From Chrysomallon squamiferum (Eukaryota; Animalia; Mollusca): DNA of 64,000 nt. The stretch lies in the NCBI GenBank assembly GCA_012295275.1, contig CM022673.1, positions 21,328,001 to 21,392,000 of the forward strand, read 5' to 3'. The notes beneath the pieces were generated by a model. The model was not told where the DNA came from. It was given only the letters and a program-made list of their open reading frames with translations, and ran no database searches. A program made the position numbers and the translations under genes. Below, piece by piece: positions 27,001 to 40,683 of this stretch (position 1 is its first letter; every line of letters begins with the position of its first letter).

Positions 27001-30000
27001 ACACTTCCACATCTCCAAGATGAACAAGACTTTTGTAACATGTGCTGTTTGGTGTGGAAATAATTTTGGACATTAAACCTAGAAAAGAAATCATAAACAT
27101 ACTAAATATGACGTGTTTTCAGAATCATAGAATGAAAAGAAGAGAAGAGAATAAGTAAGTCAACATTCTGAATATGTAAATAGGTTAATAGAAAGAATGA
27201 TGCAGTTTAATATTAACTGTTAACATATTTGGTACACAAGTCCTTTTGTGTTATAATAATATAAGTAAAAAAAACTGAAAGCCACATTTCACAGGCTATA
27301 TTTATAAATTAGCATAAAAATGTTTTTATATGCTTTTTCCATTAGACAGGAATTTAGACAAATGACATTAGTAAGTAAAACAAATATTAATTGGAATCAT
27401 TATCATGAAGATTATTCATTATCATATTTTTATAATCTTTTTCCTGATGAAAATCCTACTATAAATACTAAGTTTACCTTGAATGCTGTTTGCTATTGAA
27501 TTGATAATCCCTGAACTCTGATTAGGTGAGTGTAGGTAAATAGGGAGATAAAAAAATCCCTGAAATACAGTAATTGTTAGAAATTTAATTTTAATAACAA
27601 ATTAGTAATTAAAATGTGAATTGTTTATGTATTTTGTATTTGATTTTTTAGCTTCAAATGTAAATTAAACTTGAAAGACTGAGCAAATAATGAAAAAATT
27701 TTAGTGTGGTTAATAAGCTAGGAATATTTTACAAGTCTGTGTGTTAAATACATCACATGAAAACATGTTAGCCTCTTCTTGAACCTATTGTAGTTGGATC
27801 TCAATTAGAGTAACCATTTCAAAATATCAAACAGAATGTATTTATATATTTTAACATTTAAAGAAATAAGAATAAAATTAAAAAATATTAGTAATAACTA
27901 AAACTAAATTATTATTATTAAGATACATTAAATATGTTTTATGTCAGGTGCTGTTCTGACAGCCTGATGTGCACAATTACATCTAGATAATGAATAATTC
28001 TACCTCCCATTGCAGTTATTAAAATTTTACAACCTTTGGAGGTAATTTTCCTTCTTTAAATAGTATGTGATCACCATCATTAATCAAACTGTCTTCAAGT
28101 GATAGGTCAAGGTCATCGATAAGGTCAGCAGCTTCCCCACACCAATTTGTTTTTCTCAAGTGCCAAGCATCACCTATAATTAATAATATTTGTCTTCCAA
28201 TCCAAAGTATAACAGACTTAACAGTTATTAAGTTTTTTTTATAATGAGAAATGAGAAATGACTCTTGCTATTCCAAGGGTTACTCTTACTGATTAGCAGC
28301 AATGAATTTAATAATAACTGGAGAATTTTTATATAAATAATGCTTATTAGACCAAATGAGCTCCATTTTCATGTACAATGAATAAAGACTTATTCTTTCC
28401 TTTTCCCAAGAAATTGATTTTATCAGTTTTCTTTACAAATAAATGAATGTTGAGTCACAAGCTACTTTTAATACTGTATTAAACATTTGCTGATATCTAT
28501 GAGTAGTCAGTTTGGCATTTTAAAAAATATTTGTTGGTAATTCTTCTTTTAAAAGGACCATTCATAGATAATGGTATTTTGTATATAAATATAATAGCAT
28601 AAAGGTAAATAAAACAGAACATGTTAAATAGACAAACCTTTTTGACCATATTGCTGTATAATATTTTTCAAACATTTTCTGACTGTCATATTTCTTTCTA
28701 CAGTTATTTCAATCTCTTTAAAGTTACTTTTGGGATCAGCTGGGCTCACAGTCAGTGTAATCTACAAACATTATTAGTAAAAAGTAACATATAAATTTCA
28801 AAGTAACCAAAAACATTAACTGCTTAATGTAACATAACACTTAAATAAATGAATGTAATTTAAATTTTGTATTACCTCAATTTAATTTATAATTATAACG
28901 ATCAAAACAAAACAAAAAAACCCCTAAATAACTGTGCAAATGCTAAATTTAAATACAGCTTTTATAAAACATAGTTTTATTTAAATATAGTAAATAAAAC
29001 AAACCATTTACCTGATTTTTCTCTGGAGCTTTGCCATGTTCTAGAACTAGGACAGTTTTATTAGTAATACCTGCATCTCCAACACTCAGTTCATCATGCA
29101 CTGAAATTAAAAAAAAAAATCAAGACAATAGCTATATTAAATATTATTACTGGTCACACACATCATTTTTGAATAATGATCTGAAAACAGGAACCAGCAG
29201 TCGGCATTCTATGATTTTATCTTATTTATTAGCAGTAAAGGATCTTTAATATGCATCTTCTTGCAGACAGAAAGCAATTACCATGAGCCTTGTAAAATGA
29301 GCTTTTGGATTCAAGATGAAATGAGAAAACAGCGTAAAGAGTAAATACAAAGAAGAATTAATCTAACACACACAGTATCCAAATTACAATCTGACTAAAC
29401 CATCTGTAACAGAAACAAGAAACAAAATATAAAGAATCAGCTTTCTGCTAACAAACAGTAACGGCATTTCTGACTCATTAAAATTAAATATTTACATTCT
29501 GACATTATGTATATGTGTCTCAGAACACTTGGTAAAGACACAAAAATACTGTCAACACAAAGATCGAGTTCTCACTTCTGAATACAAACTAAATAAATAT
29601 TTATCAGTTGTTCTCAGCGTACATGGTGTTCTCATTCCTAAACTGTTATGACACACTCGTAGACGTCCTCCACCCGCCACCTCCTGAATGCCAAACTTGT
29701 CAATGATATTCCTTTTAACTTTCAACAGAGGCTAAAAAAGGAAAAAAATAAAAATAAAATACAAATAACTGTTATTTTACACTTAAAATAAATGAGAACT
29801 GAAAGTAACATTTTAAAAGATAGTCAGTTTATGAACAATGGCATTGATAAAAAAATAGAAGAAATTAATAAAACAAATATTAATGAAGAGAGCAACATAA
29901 TAATTAAAAAAAGCAAGCAAACACCTCCACAATATAAAATATTTTATTAACATCATTTTTATTTAACAATTGTTTTTTTTTTTTTTTTTTTTTAGTAATC

Positions 30001-33000
30001 CCATAACAACTACGTTGTTTACATGAACTAAGGTATTCTGAGCAAATAAATCAACAGTTAAATTTTAGACTCTTTCTTCAAATGTATGTTAGAGAATTTA
30101 TAAACAGTTTTTACTCACCATGTCACTGTTGACAAACACTGTTGCTTTAGGCCAGCTACCATCAAAAGGATACTGCAGAATTAAAAACCAAGAATTAGAA
30201 AAATATTAAGAAAAGATTTGTAAATAACATTTCAAGATCTTTTAGAAATCCTGGGAAAAGTATATTTAAAAAGTGCATAAATACTTCACTTCATTGGTAC
30301 CATTTTGTTTGGTAATTTCCAATTCCTATTTTGCAATATTATAGTTCTGATCATTCAGAAAATTCTGAAATCCAAACATTAAATAAATAAAATACTATAA
30401 TTACCTCTCCACACTGGTTCAGTACAGTAATGACAAAACTGTTTTGTCTGGCTGCAGCCTTCTCAGATAAAGAAACGCTGGAATACCATTAAGAGAAAAA
30501 TGTGAATTATATACGAGTTATAATTAAAATAATTATTTTTAAAATATTAAGACAAATTAGTGCTTTTGAAAGTTTTAATGACCCTGTAAATAAAAGAAAA
30601 AATTCTTAAATCAAATATTTTTAAGTAGACCATGTTAATTTCATAGGAATTTTGTTTTAATTAAAAATATCTTTATAAACAGTTAAATTCCTATTATAAA
30701 AATTCTATTGGACACCTAAATGAAAGTGCTATTACTATTTTCAGTCTCACCTATTTCTGTCTTCAACAATAATCTGATCACCATCTTTAAACTGTAGTTC
30801 TTCAAGAGTTGCTGTGCTGTCTTTTAGGATGTGCATGTGCATGGCAGCATCCCGACCCACTAGCTTTTTTAGCACCACTGTTGAAAAATTCATTTCTGTG
30901 AGGTCACAAATGTAAGACCTGAACTCATCAAATGCCATGTTTTTAGGAAAGCCACAGACGGACTGTTCTGGGTTTCCATGGATAATTGTCAGGAGGATTG
31001 GCTCACAGCAGGCTCCCACTGGCACAACCTGATCCTTAACCTGCAACAAAGATCACAGTTCTATAGGATCAGCATAAAATGTTTAGATTTTCATGAAATG
31101 TTATGGCACAGTTTGAAATTAGGAACCAAATCTGAAAATAAAATCAATTTAGATTTTATGAGCGCAGCTTTTTTCAATATGAAACAAATACTGTGTTACT
31201 GTCTGGTAAGATCACCAGTTATGTGCCTAAAAGCAGTTTAGTTTCAGAAGGTTCCCAGGTTTCAGAATTGTGCATAAGCAATACTCAATCTTTATAGTTA
31301 TTATTTGTGAACTTATTTTAATAGCTTTGGGTAAACTGCTATAACAAATAACTTCATTCAGTATCCCAGGAAAACATGTTTTAAACCTATTTTATAATAA
31401 GATAACCATTACAGATAGTCAATTTATTTATTGTTGTTAAAAAAAAAGAAGCCCCACTGTAATAAAGGTTAAAGAAATAAATGTTATTTTAATGTTAAAG
31501 CAATCTGAAAAATACACTTCATTATATTTTCATTTGATTAATTCTCAAATCATTGTTATTCTATACCTTGGATCCATTCCAAATGAATAGCTTTGAATCA
31601 TTATCGATGCACAATTCCAGCAATTTCTTTGAACGGTCCTCTGTAACAAAACAAACAAAATTAAAAAACATATTATATGAGATCCTGAGAACATTTAAAA
31701 AACTGAATTTGCACATTAAAGAAATAAAAAAATAGTTTCTTGGAACAAGCTCAAGATATAAAATGTATATATAAAAAATTCAAATTCATCATCCTTAATT
31801 ACAGCATTTTGTGTGGCAACCACAAAATATTGGGGCTAAAATGTGTCAAAATTACCAAGATAAAATGTTACCTGTTATTTCATCATATAGGTGGAAACCA
31901 GCAGGAAGGTCTTGCATTCTGTGTATAACAAAATGTTTGGGAACCAGTTCACCACCAATCTGAAAAAATTACAATGAATAAAAGATAATAATAAGAGAAA
32001 AACAAAAAGAAAAAGAACCTGTGATTTATTTTTAAAATAGTTTTCTCAAAAATCATTTCTAGTAGAAACTTGGTATCATTAACAGGCTTTATTCAGCAAA
32101 AATATATCTCCATGTTGCTGTGAAATCCTGAACAGTTTAATATTTCTACTGTAATATCATAACTAACATTCTTTTGCATTCTGTGACACCATCAGTAATC
32201 TACTGTCTGTCCAATTACAAACCATACCTCTTCAACTGCAACAACTAATTCTTTAACAGTCTGCCTCCTATCCATGGCAAGGTCAGTAAAACTGCGATTA
32301 CCACCACATTTTTTTAGTGCTCCCTCAGCATATTTGTAGTAACGACAAAAGTGAATCTGGATGGTTATTGTATTCACAATGTTTTCATATTCTAACCTGC
32401 AAATATATAAATATACTTCACTTCAGTGTTTAATACGAGAAGATAATTTTTACTCAGTTATATTAATTTATTTTCTGTTTGTATTAATAGTAACTTAACA
32501 TAAAGAATGTTCTTATTTAGTAATCTGTATTAGAAAACAATTTGGGAAAAAAAATGAAATTCAAAATGTTAAATTTTTTGGTGCAAGATTCCCTAAATTT
32601 TAAAAACGTAAAATATCTATTTTGTTCTACAAAATCTTAAACTGTGCAGTTTCAAACACTTATAGTTAGTATCACAATCTAAATTAAATAAAATAAAATA
32701 AAACTGAAACAATTTATTCTTTTTATGAGTAAAATATTAATAAACATTCTTTGTTTTATGAAGTTCAAAACTGCAACAAGTAAAACAATATATACAAAAA
32801 AAAAACAAATCTGAAATAACCCCTGAACACAAACAGTTTAAGACAAACTAATAAGGACTGAAAAAAAAATAGTTTTTTTGAATCTGATACCTTTGTTTTT
32901 CCAGCTCCGAATTTTCCTGGCTTATTTCTGTTAGCAAATTATCTGGTATTTGATAAACTGGATTTCCCATAGCTGTCACAGAATGAGAATAACACCAATG

Positions 33001-36000
33001 AAATAACAAATACCCTTTTAAATGTAATAAAAAATTATTATAATAATAATTACATTATAAATTTACAGAATATAAATTAGTGATATAAAATAGTATTACT
33101 AATATTTTCAGAGTAACTTTGAATTAAAAGTTATTCAAAAAGTAGATTTGTTTTGCAAATGAATATATTCATTATACCTTCTTCTGGTCTTATCAGACTC
33201 TTTTTTCTGTAGAACAACATGTAGGCACTCTCTTTTCCTGCAAACTGTTTTTCTATATCCTTTTCTCGAATAGGAGTGACAACAGCATCATCAAAGTTAT
33301 ACCAACAGTGTCCTTCTGCTGGCCTTGGAGAGAATGATCTGAACACAGAAAAAGAAGAGAAAAATTAAAATAAAAGGATAAAACAAATAATAATTAAAAA
33401 GTATTAAAAACTAAATCTGTAAGTAATTACTCAGTGTCTTTCAACAGGTTTTCTTTCTCTGTCTCATTCAGACATATCAAACGATTAAGTATTTCCAAAA
33501 TCCAGTCAACAAGAATAAAAATGTATTATTAAAAATGTTTATGTATACCATGGAAACTGGCAAAACCAGTCCCTGGTTATCCCAGATTACTTTCTGCATT
33601 GGCCATTTTTACATGTATACATTATGTGTATTAAAACCCTTAATAAACTGAATCCTATATATTATATATACTGGATCAGTTTTCATCCCAAAGGCTTAAG
33701 TTGTTGGTTAATTACTCTCAACAAACTGTAAGCCAGGTAAACTCAGCTGTATACCTAACTGGAAACAGCATGACCTGGTTTCTCCTGATACACATTGGCG
33801 AGATCTCAGACCAGACATTCTGGCTATATGGTAATTAATTGTTAATTGGTGTCAACATCTACTTATCAGTGTGGTTGGACTTCTTAGTGTTTTACACCCA
33901 TAATCATGTTTTGGATTGTCACTATCAAGTTATGACGAAGCTTGTTAACCATCTCATGGATTTAATGTATGTGCTAACTAAGAAATTAAAAACAACATAG
34001 CCCTCTAATCACTGTCACATTTTATTCACAATTTACAAATCAAATGTTAAAATCTACAATGCACATATTTTATCATTTATTTCACAGATACATGTAAACA
34101 AGTGCAGATGTAGAAACAAACATCAATCTCTAGTCAACTACAAACAAAACGCCAGCAAACTGAACTTTAGATTCAATTTTGTAATCTACAGTTATAAAGG
34201 ATAACTAAGTTGTTTTACTAACGCTTTGATTTGATTAATACTATGTCCTGCTAACATACTTACAAACTTACCGGTCAACGTCCTTTTTTATTTCCCTGTA
34301 TTCTGTGTCCTTTGAGAAGTCAGGAAATTTGTTTTTCTGATTCCTTTGTTCATTATCTTCTTTCAAACTAACAACACCTGCATCCTGATTCAGTGTAAAT
34401 TTGTCATCATAGGTCTTGAAAAACTGAAAAAATAAATAAAAATAAAAGATATATATAATAAATAAATAAAATCTTTAAGATAAAGGAGAAAATCAAAGCT
34501 CACACATCAAGTCAACAGAGACATTTACCAATACATCATCATAAAGAAATAATAGCAACATAGCAAGAATAAGAGCATAAACAAATGATCTCCTACTGAT
34601 AATAGACTGGAATAAAAAATAATACTTACCTTATTAATTGAGCCATACTTTTTTTTAAAGAGTTTGTTCCAAGACTGTCCAGTATGTTTACATATCTCCT
34701 GAAATCATTAACTGATTACATGAACAAACATACATACACTGAGAGACTATAAGACATTCAGCTGTTAAATGGAAATTAGGAAAAAGTGGACTAAATAAGC
34801 AATGTCATTCCATGAATAAAGTATTAACTGTATTCATAATAATGTTAAATTTAGCAAAACCCAAATCAAAAACTGTCATAATTTTCTGTTATTTAGAACA
34901 CTATCCTATTTGCTAACAGACAATATTGTTGGATAATAAATAATGTGCTATATCTAACTTGTAGTTGAAAAGAACCATTTTCTTTAAAAAAGCATTCCAT
35001 CAGTTATAAAGAGCCACAAGCTGTGGCCTAAGCCACTGTCTTATTTCAAAAACTAGCTATGCTTACAACACAGAGTTTGTTTGTGCTGAGCACTTTGTGA
35101 GGTTGTCTAGAGACGATCTGGTAACACAGATCCACAGGTGATGTAAACTGGATAATATCCGTTTCTGACTTGGTTGGCTGTACAGCTTCAAAACTCTCCT
35201 GAAAAAACATATACAAAGTTAATACAAAGTTTAAAAAATTACAACTGACATTTATACCATTTACTGACTATAAAAAAAACCAAATACCAACAAGCACCAA
35301 ATTATAAATTTTTAGTATTGTAGGTCTGAAACAAAAATTCTTTATTTTTAAAATCAATCAGAGAATAGATAATAAACAAATTTTTATTTTGTACAAATAT
35401 AAACATATGCATTAGTTATTAAATAAAAACTGATAAATACAGCTCTCTTAAGGATAACAAAATACTTACTGGGTTAATCCAATGACCTAGATTATCCACA
35501 TCTCGTATATAGGCATGGTAGTGTCCACCATGAGCACAACCACGATGTATGACAACAGAAAATAACTCGTACTCAGCAGCTTCTCGAGACATTTCCTTTA
35601 AGAAAAATAAATAACATCAAACTATAAAAGTGATGGGTTTTTTTAACCAATCTTTTATGATATTTTGTATTTTTCTATGACAATATCTGTACTGGTTATC
35701 AGTATGGTGGGTAAATGCTCTGAGTGAACCTATTGGTTTGGGTTCCATGATAACAATACCCAAAAAGTTGTAGTGTGTGATTTTCCCTATGTATGAAAAT
35801 GCATATCAAATATACGTTGTTGTAAGTTGACCAAACATTTCCTCTTTTACAATTGTATAAAAACTAAAAATTCTAAATAACTGAATATTAATGATTCATT
35901 CAAGACGGTCGCTTTATTTCCATTTCTTAAGAATGATGTTTTACTGTGAGAAACAAAACACTAATTTTACTAATTTATAAAACCATTTTTAGCATAAATA

Positions 36001-39000
36001 GTAATCATTTTTACCTCTTCTAAGAAATCACTCATGTTAATTGAGATTGGAAAAGAAAATCTTCCTGTTTCCTGAAACAAAATAAAAATAAACAGAAAAT
36101 CTGTACGTTTTAAATTATTATAACAACACCTCTGAACATGAGACAATATTTGACAATAATAATAACAAATAATGATTATGATATAAAACATTTATACCTT
36201 ATATCTTTCCATTTTCTTGAAATTGTAACTAAATCGTAGAAGTGAGACTGTCAGAATGGGAGGTAGACTTCTTATTTTGGTAGCCTGTAAAAATAACATT
36301 TTCATTTTTTTAACAAAAATTAAATAAAATGTTTCTGAAATGTTTTAATTCTGAATTAAAAACAAAAGAAACTCTTATAAACACATTAAAACATTCACAA
36401 GTGCATCAGTTTAATGCAAATGCAATTTTGAATTATGATACTTCGATTTAAATAATCTTAATTACTGATATAATTTCATCCTTGCTAATCACATAATCAG
36501 GTATTTGAAATTTTAATTACAAATTACTTTGTATTAAATTTTCAGAAAACAGATTATCTGAATTTTTTTAATTCAGTAAACCAAAATATATAGTTATGTT
36601 TGAATTGAGATACGTAGTAGTTACTTGAAACAAGATGAGCTGATGCATTTTAAGTTAGATGTGAGTTGTGTTTATATATACATACACACCTCTCTCTTGA
36701 TGTGTGTGCAATAATTTTAGTAACAAACTTATAACATTAGTAACCTTTTTTACCTTTTGTGCAACGACAAGTTTATGACAAATCTCACATCTGTACTGGT
36801 TTTTTCCTTCCATTGTCTCAATATCACAGAACAGGTGTCTGAGGCCGAGTTCCAGTGATTCCACTCCACCCACAGTCACTGTCAGATCCTGAAAGTCTTC
36901 CTGGTAACAATACATGAATATAAACACATTTTATTTTTAAAATTTACAGTACATCGATAACAATAAATAATGAACAATAATTTATTTATAAAATAATGCA
37001 CACATATGTACAACTCTATTTACCAAAGATTGATTATTTACAGAATGATTCTTTAAGCAGTGAAGAAACTTTATATAACAATTATTTTTCATGCTTTTAC
37101 ACCATGATAACATAAGTTGTAATGTGAAACCAAAGGAACGTACCTCTATTTCACTGATTTTTCCGCATTCTGTACAGGTAATCTGAAATAATATTGTTTA
37201 TTAATTAATATGGAATTATTATTTTTTTTAATGAAATATTTTTTTCTTTATTATTTGATGACTGAATTTCTGTAAAACATTTTTTTTTCATGAGTTCCTT
37301 GTACCTGATTCACAACCTTGCCATGATATAACTCTTTTATCAAGTTACTTCTCCTTGTTCCAGCCAGGGACTCTTCAATTGCAAGAAAGAGGATTCTGTT
37401 GAGTTCTTGGACATCATGCTGTTGGGATTCCTTTGGATAAAACAAAGAATGATAAATTTAGTTAATGGCATACAGGAACAGTCTGAAAACTTGGTTGTTA
37501 TTAAGATGCAGGAGAAAGAGACTGATATAGCTGCCTCAACATTATAAATAGAGTCCCACTATTTAATCAGGTTAATGACTAAGCATACCTAAATACATGC
37601 CTACAGTTTTTCATTCTGCAGAAATGTAAGAAAAAAATAACATGTTGATGGCTTGAATAAAAAAATTGCCAATTATTTATAAAATCTAAATTTTTCAAAC
37701 AAATTTTGATAAAATTATGGAAACTTTCAGTCTGTCATATTAGTGCATTATTCTTATATTTAACAGATGAAATTACAAATACAACATGAAAACATTTCTT
37801 TATAGTTTTGTTATATTACTGACAAATATTATTAGCTAAGGCTAGCAAGTAGTAAAACAAAAACAAAAATTACTTATAAATATATAAAATATCTTTTGGC
37901 TATTTTCTTCACCAATAAATAACAGAACAAACCTCTCTGTTTGTCCAACCAAAACTCTCTGTCAATTCAGTTGTTGATATACTCTGTCGGTTGCTCAGAA
38001 GTAGTCTCAGGAATAATCGCTTCAACTGAAGGGGGATAACTCTAACCTACATTTTGTTTTTAAATGAAAGAAAGCAAATTATAAAGTTAAGAAAAGTTGG
38101 ATTAAATAAATAATTATTTTTGTGAAATATCAAATTAATGGTTAAATATTATTTTAGTTATTTTCATGGTATTTCTTTTGGACCGAGTGACATTTGGTTT
38201 CCATAAAATTATTTGAACCATTTTAGTTTTCACATGTATTCTACAATTAATCAGAATTTAGTGAGACCAAACCAAGTTACTCTTTCATAACATCCAATAA
38301 AAATCCACTTTCTGAATGTAGTCAGAGATCTGTTTATTTTTCTAGTCTTAAACTGCATTGGTTTCAAGTTGAATGATAACTAGTCACAATAAATTTTGAA
38401 AACTAATTGCTCACTTGTGCAAGCATATTTTATCATAATATAGTAAAGAAATAATGTCCTTGCTAAACTAACTACATGACTTGACTACTTTTATCAAAAC
38501 TTTCATAATTATATGAAATATTATCTTAATGGACTGAAATTAACTACAGATTCCAACAGTGCAGCAGTCTGCACACCCTCTAAATTAAGGCACATAACTG
38601 TTAAATTGGTTAACAATTCAATTATTTCATTATACCTATTATGTTTTTTTAACAGCTGCATGCACTTTTGCCTTTAATTATTAATTGTCGTAAATTTGCT
38701 GCAAATTCCATCAGAGCAACTTTTTATGCTTGAAAACTTTGGTTTTCTGAATAAAATTATGAAATCTTTTAAATTTATCACCCAGTAGTTAATAAGACTA
38801 TTCAAATATTATTTTAAATGAACTGAAACTACATATGGTTATAAACAATTTTTATCCCAGTAATATTTCTAGTATTAATTAGGAATGAATTATGTAACAT
38901 TCATGTGTGTGTGTTTAACAGATTCAAGTAGTTATGTCCTAAGTTCTTGCCCCGCTGTACAAATAAACCAGAAGAATTGGAAAATAATTAGTCATTATTT

Positions 39001-40529
39001 TATTTTGACATTTCTATTTCCAAACAAGAATCACCCTTTGATGTATGAATATGACTGAATGCTGATTATTGAATGAATGGGCCAGCTACCAGTTATTTGT
39101 TTTTAAACTGTTTTCAGTTATCAATGACCAAGCCTAGAGGTATACATGATGTTTATCTTGACTGGTTTTTTCTATGTATCTGTGTGCCTTTGATGTGTGA
39201 CTTCACTGTGACCTATCTTTCATTAGTTACCATGTATATCTGATGAGAAAGCATCCACAAACATTTTTATTGAAAGCTAAATACTTATTGGAAGTGACTT
39301 AAATAATTATGTGTTAGTGATATAATAGCACATTTAGGAAAATAAAATATTTTTATGAAAATACTATTATTATTATTATTCTTATTCTACATTTTAAATA
39401 TTTATGAATTTATAATATAAAATTGTTAATGGAATAAGTAAAATTTCTTTACAAACATCTTTCAAGTTATTCTTTTACATCAACTGACCTACATGGAAAT
39501 TTTCATAATTTTACCATTTGAAAACATTTGTATTAATCTTATAGTGATTTATTTTTTATCATGACTTGGGTTATATTATTCATTTTAAATGTACTTAAGT
39601 AAATTTAATAATAAAAATTGAAAACAAATTGTTATGACATTAACAAAGATTTTGATTACTTTTTGACAGACTGATATTAGAACTACTTTAAGACTTTTTG
39701 AATAATATTACCATATTCCTGTCCCACATTTTAAAAATGTGATTAAATAAAGAATGTAATAACAGTAATAGTATATAACATCACCCACTGCTTCTCCTTT
39801 ATTGAAAAAATAACTATATTTTAATAATAAAAAAAACAAATTAAGGTGAACTTTAGAGTCTGTAATATGTAACCCAAGTGTGAAGTTTAATGAAAACCAA
39901 GAAACCTGTTAACTAAATGATTAATAACCTTGTGTCCTGGTTTATCTTTGTCTTCCAATCTTCCAAGTTCTCTTTCTGACAAATGAAACAATGCTTCTGA
40001 AAAATGAATATACAGAGTTATAATATTAATATAGTGTAAATATTAAAATATAACACAGTTACACAGGTTATAAATTTAATAATTATTTATGAACTCGGTA
40101 CAGCTTGTTTTAATCATAATTAATCATAATTTATCATAAGCCGAAAATTAGACAAAATAGACTAATAGTTACTAATAAAGTACTTGTTTAAAATAAAAAA
40201 TTGGTTTAAGTAAATAAGTCAGCTTATTCTCCAATCTGCATTAAAATAATTATAAAATTCATCTGATTCAACTGATTCAATAGTTTGCAAAGATCAGATT
40301 TAATCGTGAGAAACACTCGTATACCTCTAAATTCGGGTGTGAAAAACAGAGTCTGAAGAAGACTGTTTAGGTAACATGTTGCTCCCTGATTGTTAATGCC
40401 AGCTAACTGGCACTGAGCACGAGGACGATCTGGTGCATTACTGTCAGGAATTCCACTCTGTAAACGTTTACTTTCTTCAATGGCTTCGTTCAAAGCAACG
40501 TCTTCTTCGTTAAAAATGTTACCAAACAT
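23491..40529 (-). CDS. USP40: Ubiquitin carboxyl-terminal hydrolase 40, complete, ~1225 aa
   Basis: 32 phase-compatible GT-AG exons: 40325-40529, 39929-39996, 37933-38046, 37305-37430, 37144-37182, 36754-36900, 36198-36284, 36015-36071, 35470-35595, 35067-35198, 34630-34698, 34272-34423, 33178-33338, 32891-32972, 32228-32396, 31872-31959, 31567-31640, 30751-31040, 30405-30477, 30119-30172, 29623-29731, 29012-29100, 28638-28761, 28034-28173, 27478-27559, 26847-27078, 26470-26535, 25669-25813, 24993-25064, 24550-24657, 24116-24219, 23491-23584 (3678 nt). Cys box [28 protein letters not shown], His box [28 protein letters not shown]; N-terminus [10 protein letters not shown] and C-terminus [13 protein letters not shown] resemble USP40. 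Confidence 0.93.
23966..24006. repeat. (AC)n microsatellite
   Basis: About 20 AC units in the last USP40 intron. Confidence 0.9.
24231..24298. repeat. Perfect 34-bp tandem duplication
   Basis: aaagagaaaaggaaagaataaatatagcaactac x2, in the polypyrimidine/branch region of USP40 exon 31. Confidence 0.85.
24383..24467 (-). ncRNA. Box C/D snoRNA paralog A (diverged, shortened copy; possibly pseudogenized)
   Basis: Minus strand: TTGATGA (box C) gtaGCCATGtat ... gtgatttatgcaaGAGGCCAT CTGA (box D) gaca. Homologous to copies B and C but with an internal deletion and a guide mismatch. Confidence 0.55.
25357..25461 (-). ncRNA. Intronic box C/D snoRNA, U6-guiding (SNORD67-like, predicted U6 Cm60), copy B
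   Basis: Minus strand: tgtc-a-GTGATGA (box C) ... GGGGCCAT-CTGA (box D)-ggca, with a terminal stem. GGGGCCAT is complementary to U6 AUGGCCCC (56-63, human numbering), and the D+5 rule points to C60. A second element, GCCATGCTA, is complementary to U6 52-60. Confidence 0.85.
25814..26012. repeat. Degenerate ~62-bp tandem repeat (x3) next to USP40 exon 28 acceptor
   Basis: ctaagctgaaatacat..atgttt.ctgaaat units start at 25861, 25923 and 25984. Confidence 0.7.
26038..26144 (-). ncRNA. Intronic box C/D snoRNA, U6-guiding (SNORD67-like, predicted U6 Cm60), copy C
   Basis: Minus strand: atgtc-a-GTGATGA ... GGGGCCAT-CTGA-gacat with a perfect 5-bp terminal stem; ~95% identical to copy B while the flanking intron sequences are unrelated. 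Confidence 0.87.
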
Positions 40530-40651
40530 CTGTAAATGCCAAAAACATTAACTTAACATTGAAAACGTTTCTATTTCTTAGTTGACAGTCCATATCAAAA
40601 ATAGAATTTCCCTAACAAATATATTTAACAAGAGTTTGCAACACTTTTCAT

Positions 40652-40683
40652 ACTTCCCGGAAGTTAAGAATCAGTTACTTCCG
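40652..40683. promoter_or_regulatory. USP40 promoter motifs: ETS/GABP cores overlapping a STAT-type palindrome
   Basis: ACTTCCCGGAAGT (inverted ETS cores; TTCCCGGAA fits the GAS consensus TTCNNNGAA) plus ACTTCCG at 40677-40683, ~130 bp upstream of the ATG, which is itself directly preceded by an acceptor (tttacag|ATG). Confidence 0.5.

Noticed and set aside
33721-33840. Minus-strand hairpin ending in ACA-gtt, resembling an H/ACA snoRNA 3' hairpin
   Set aside because: No proper ANANNA H box or 5' hairpin and no convincing bipartite rRNA/snRNA target; surrounding sequence looks like decayed repeat debris.
27180-35860. Faint SINE-like remnants at ~27180-27360, ~28240-28310 and ~35690-35860 (also ~20250-20430 and ~50570-50760)
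   Set aside because: Resemblance rests on recalled gastropod repeats and is too decayed to set boundaries or confirm without a library search.
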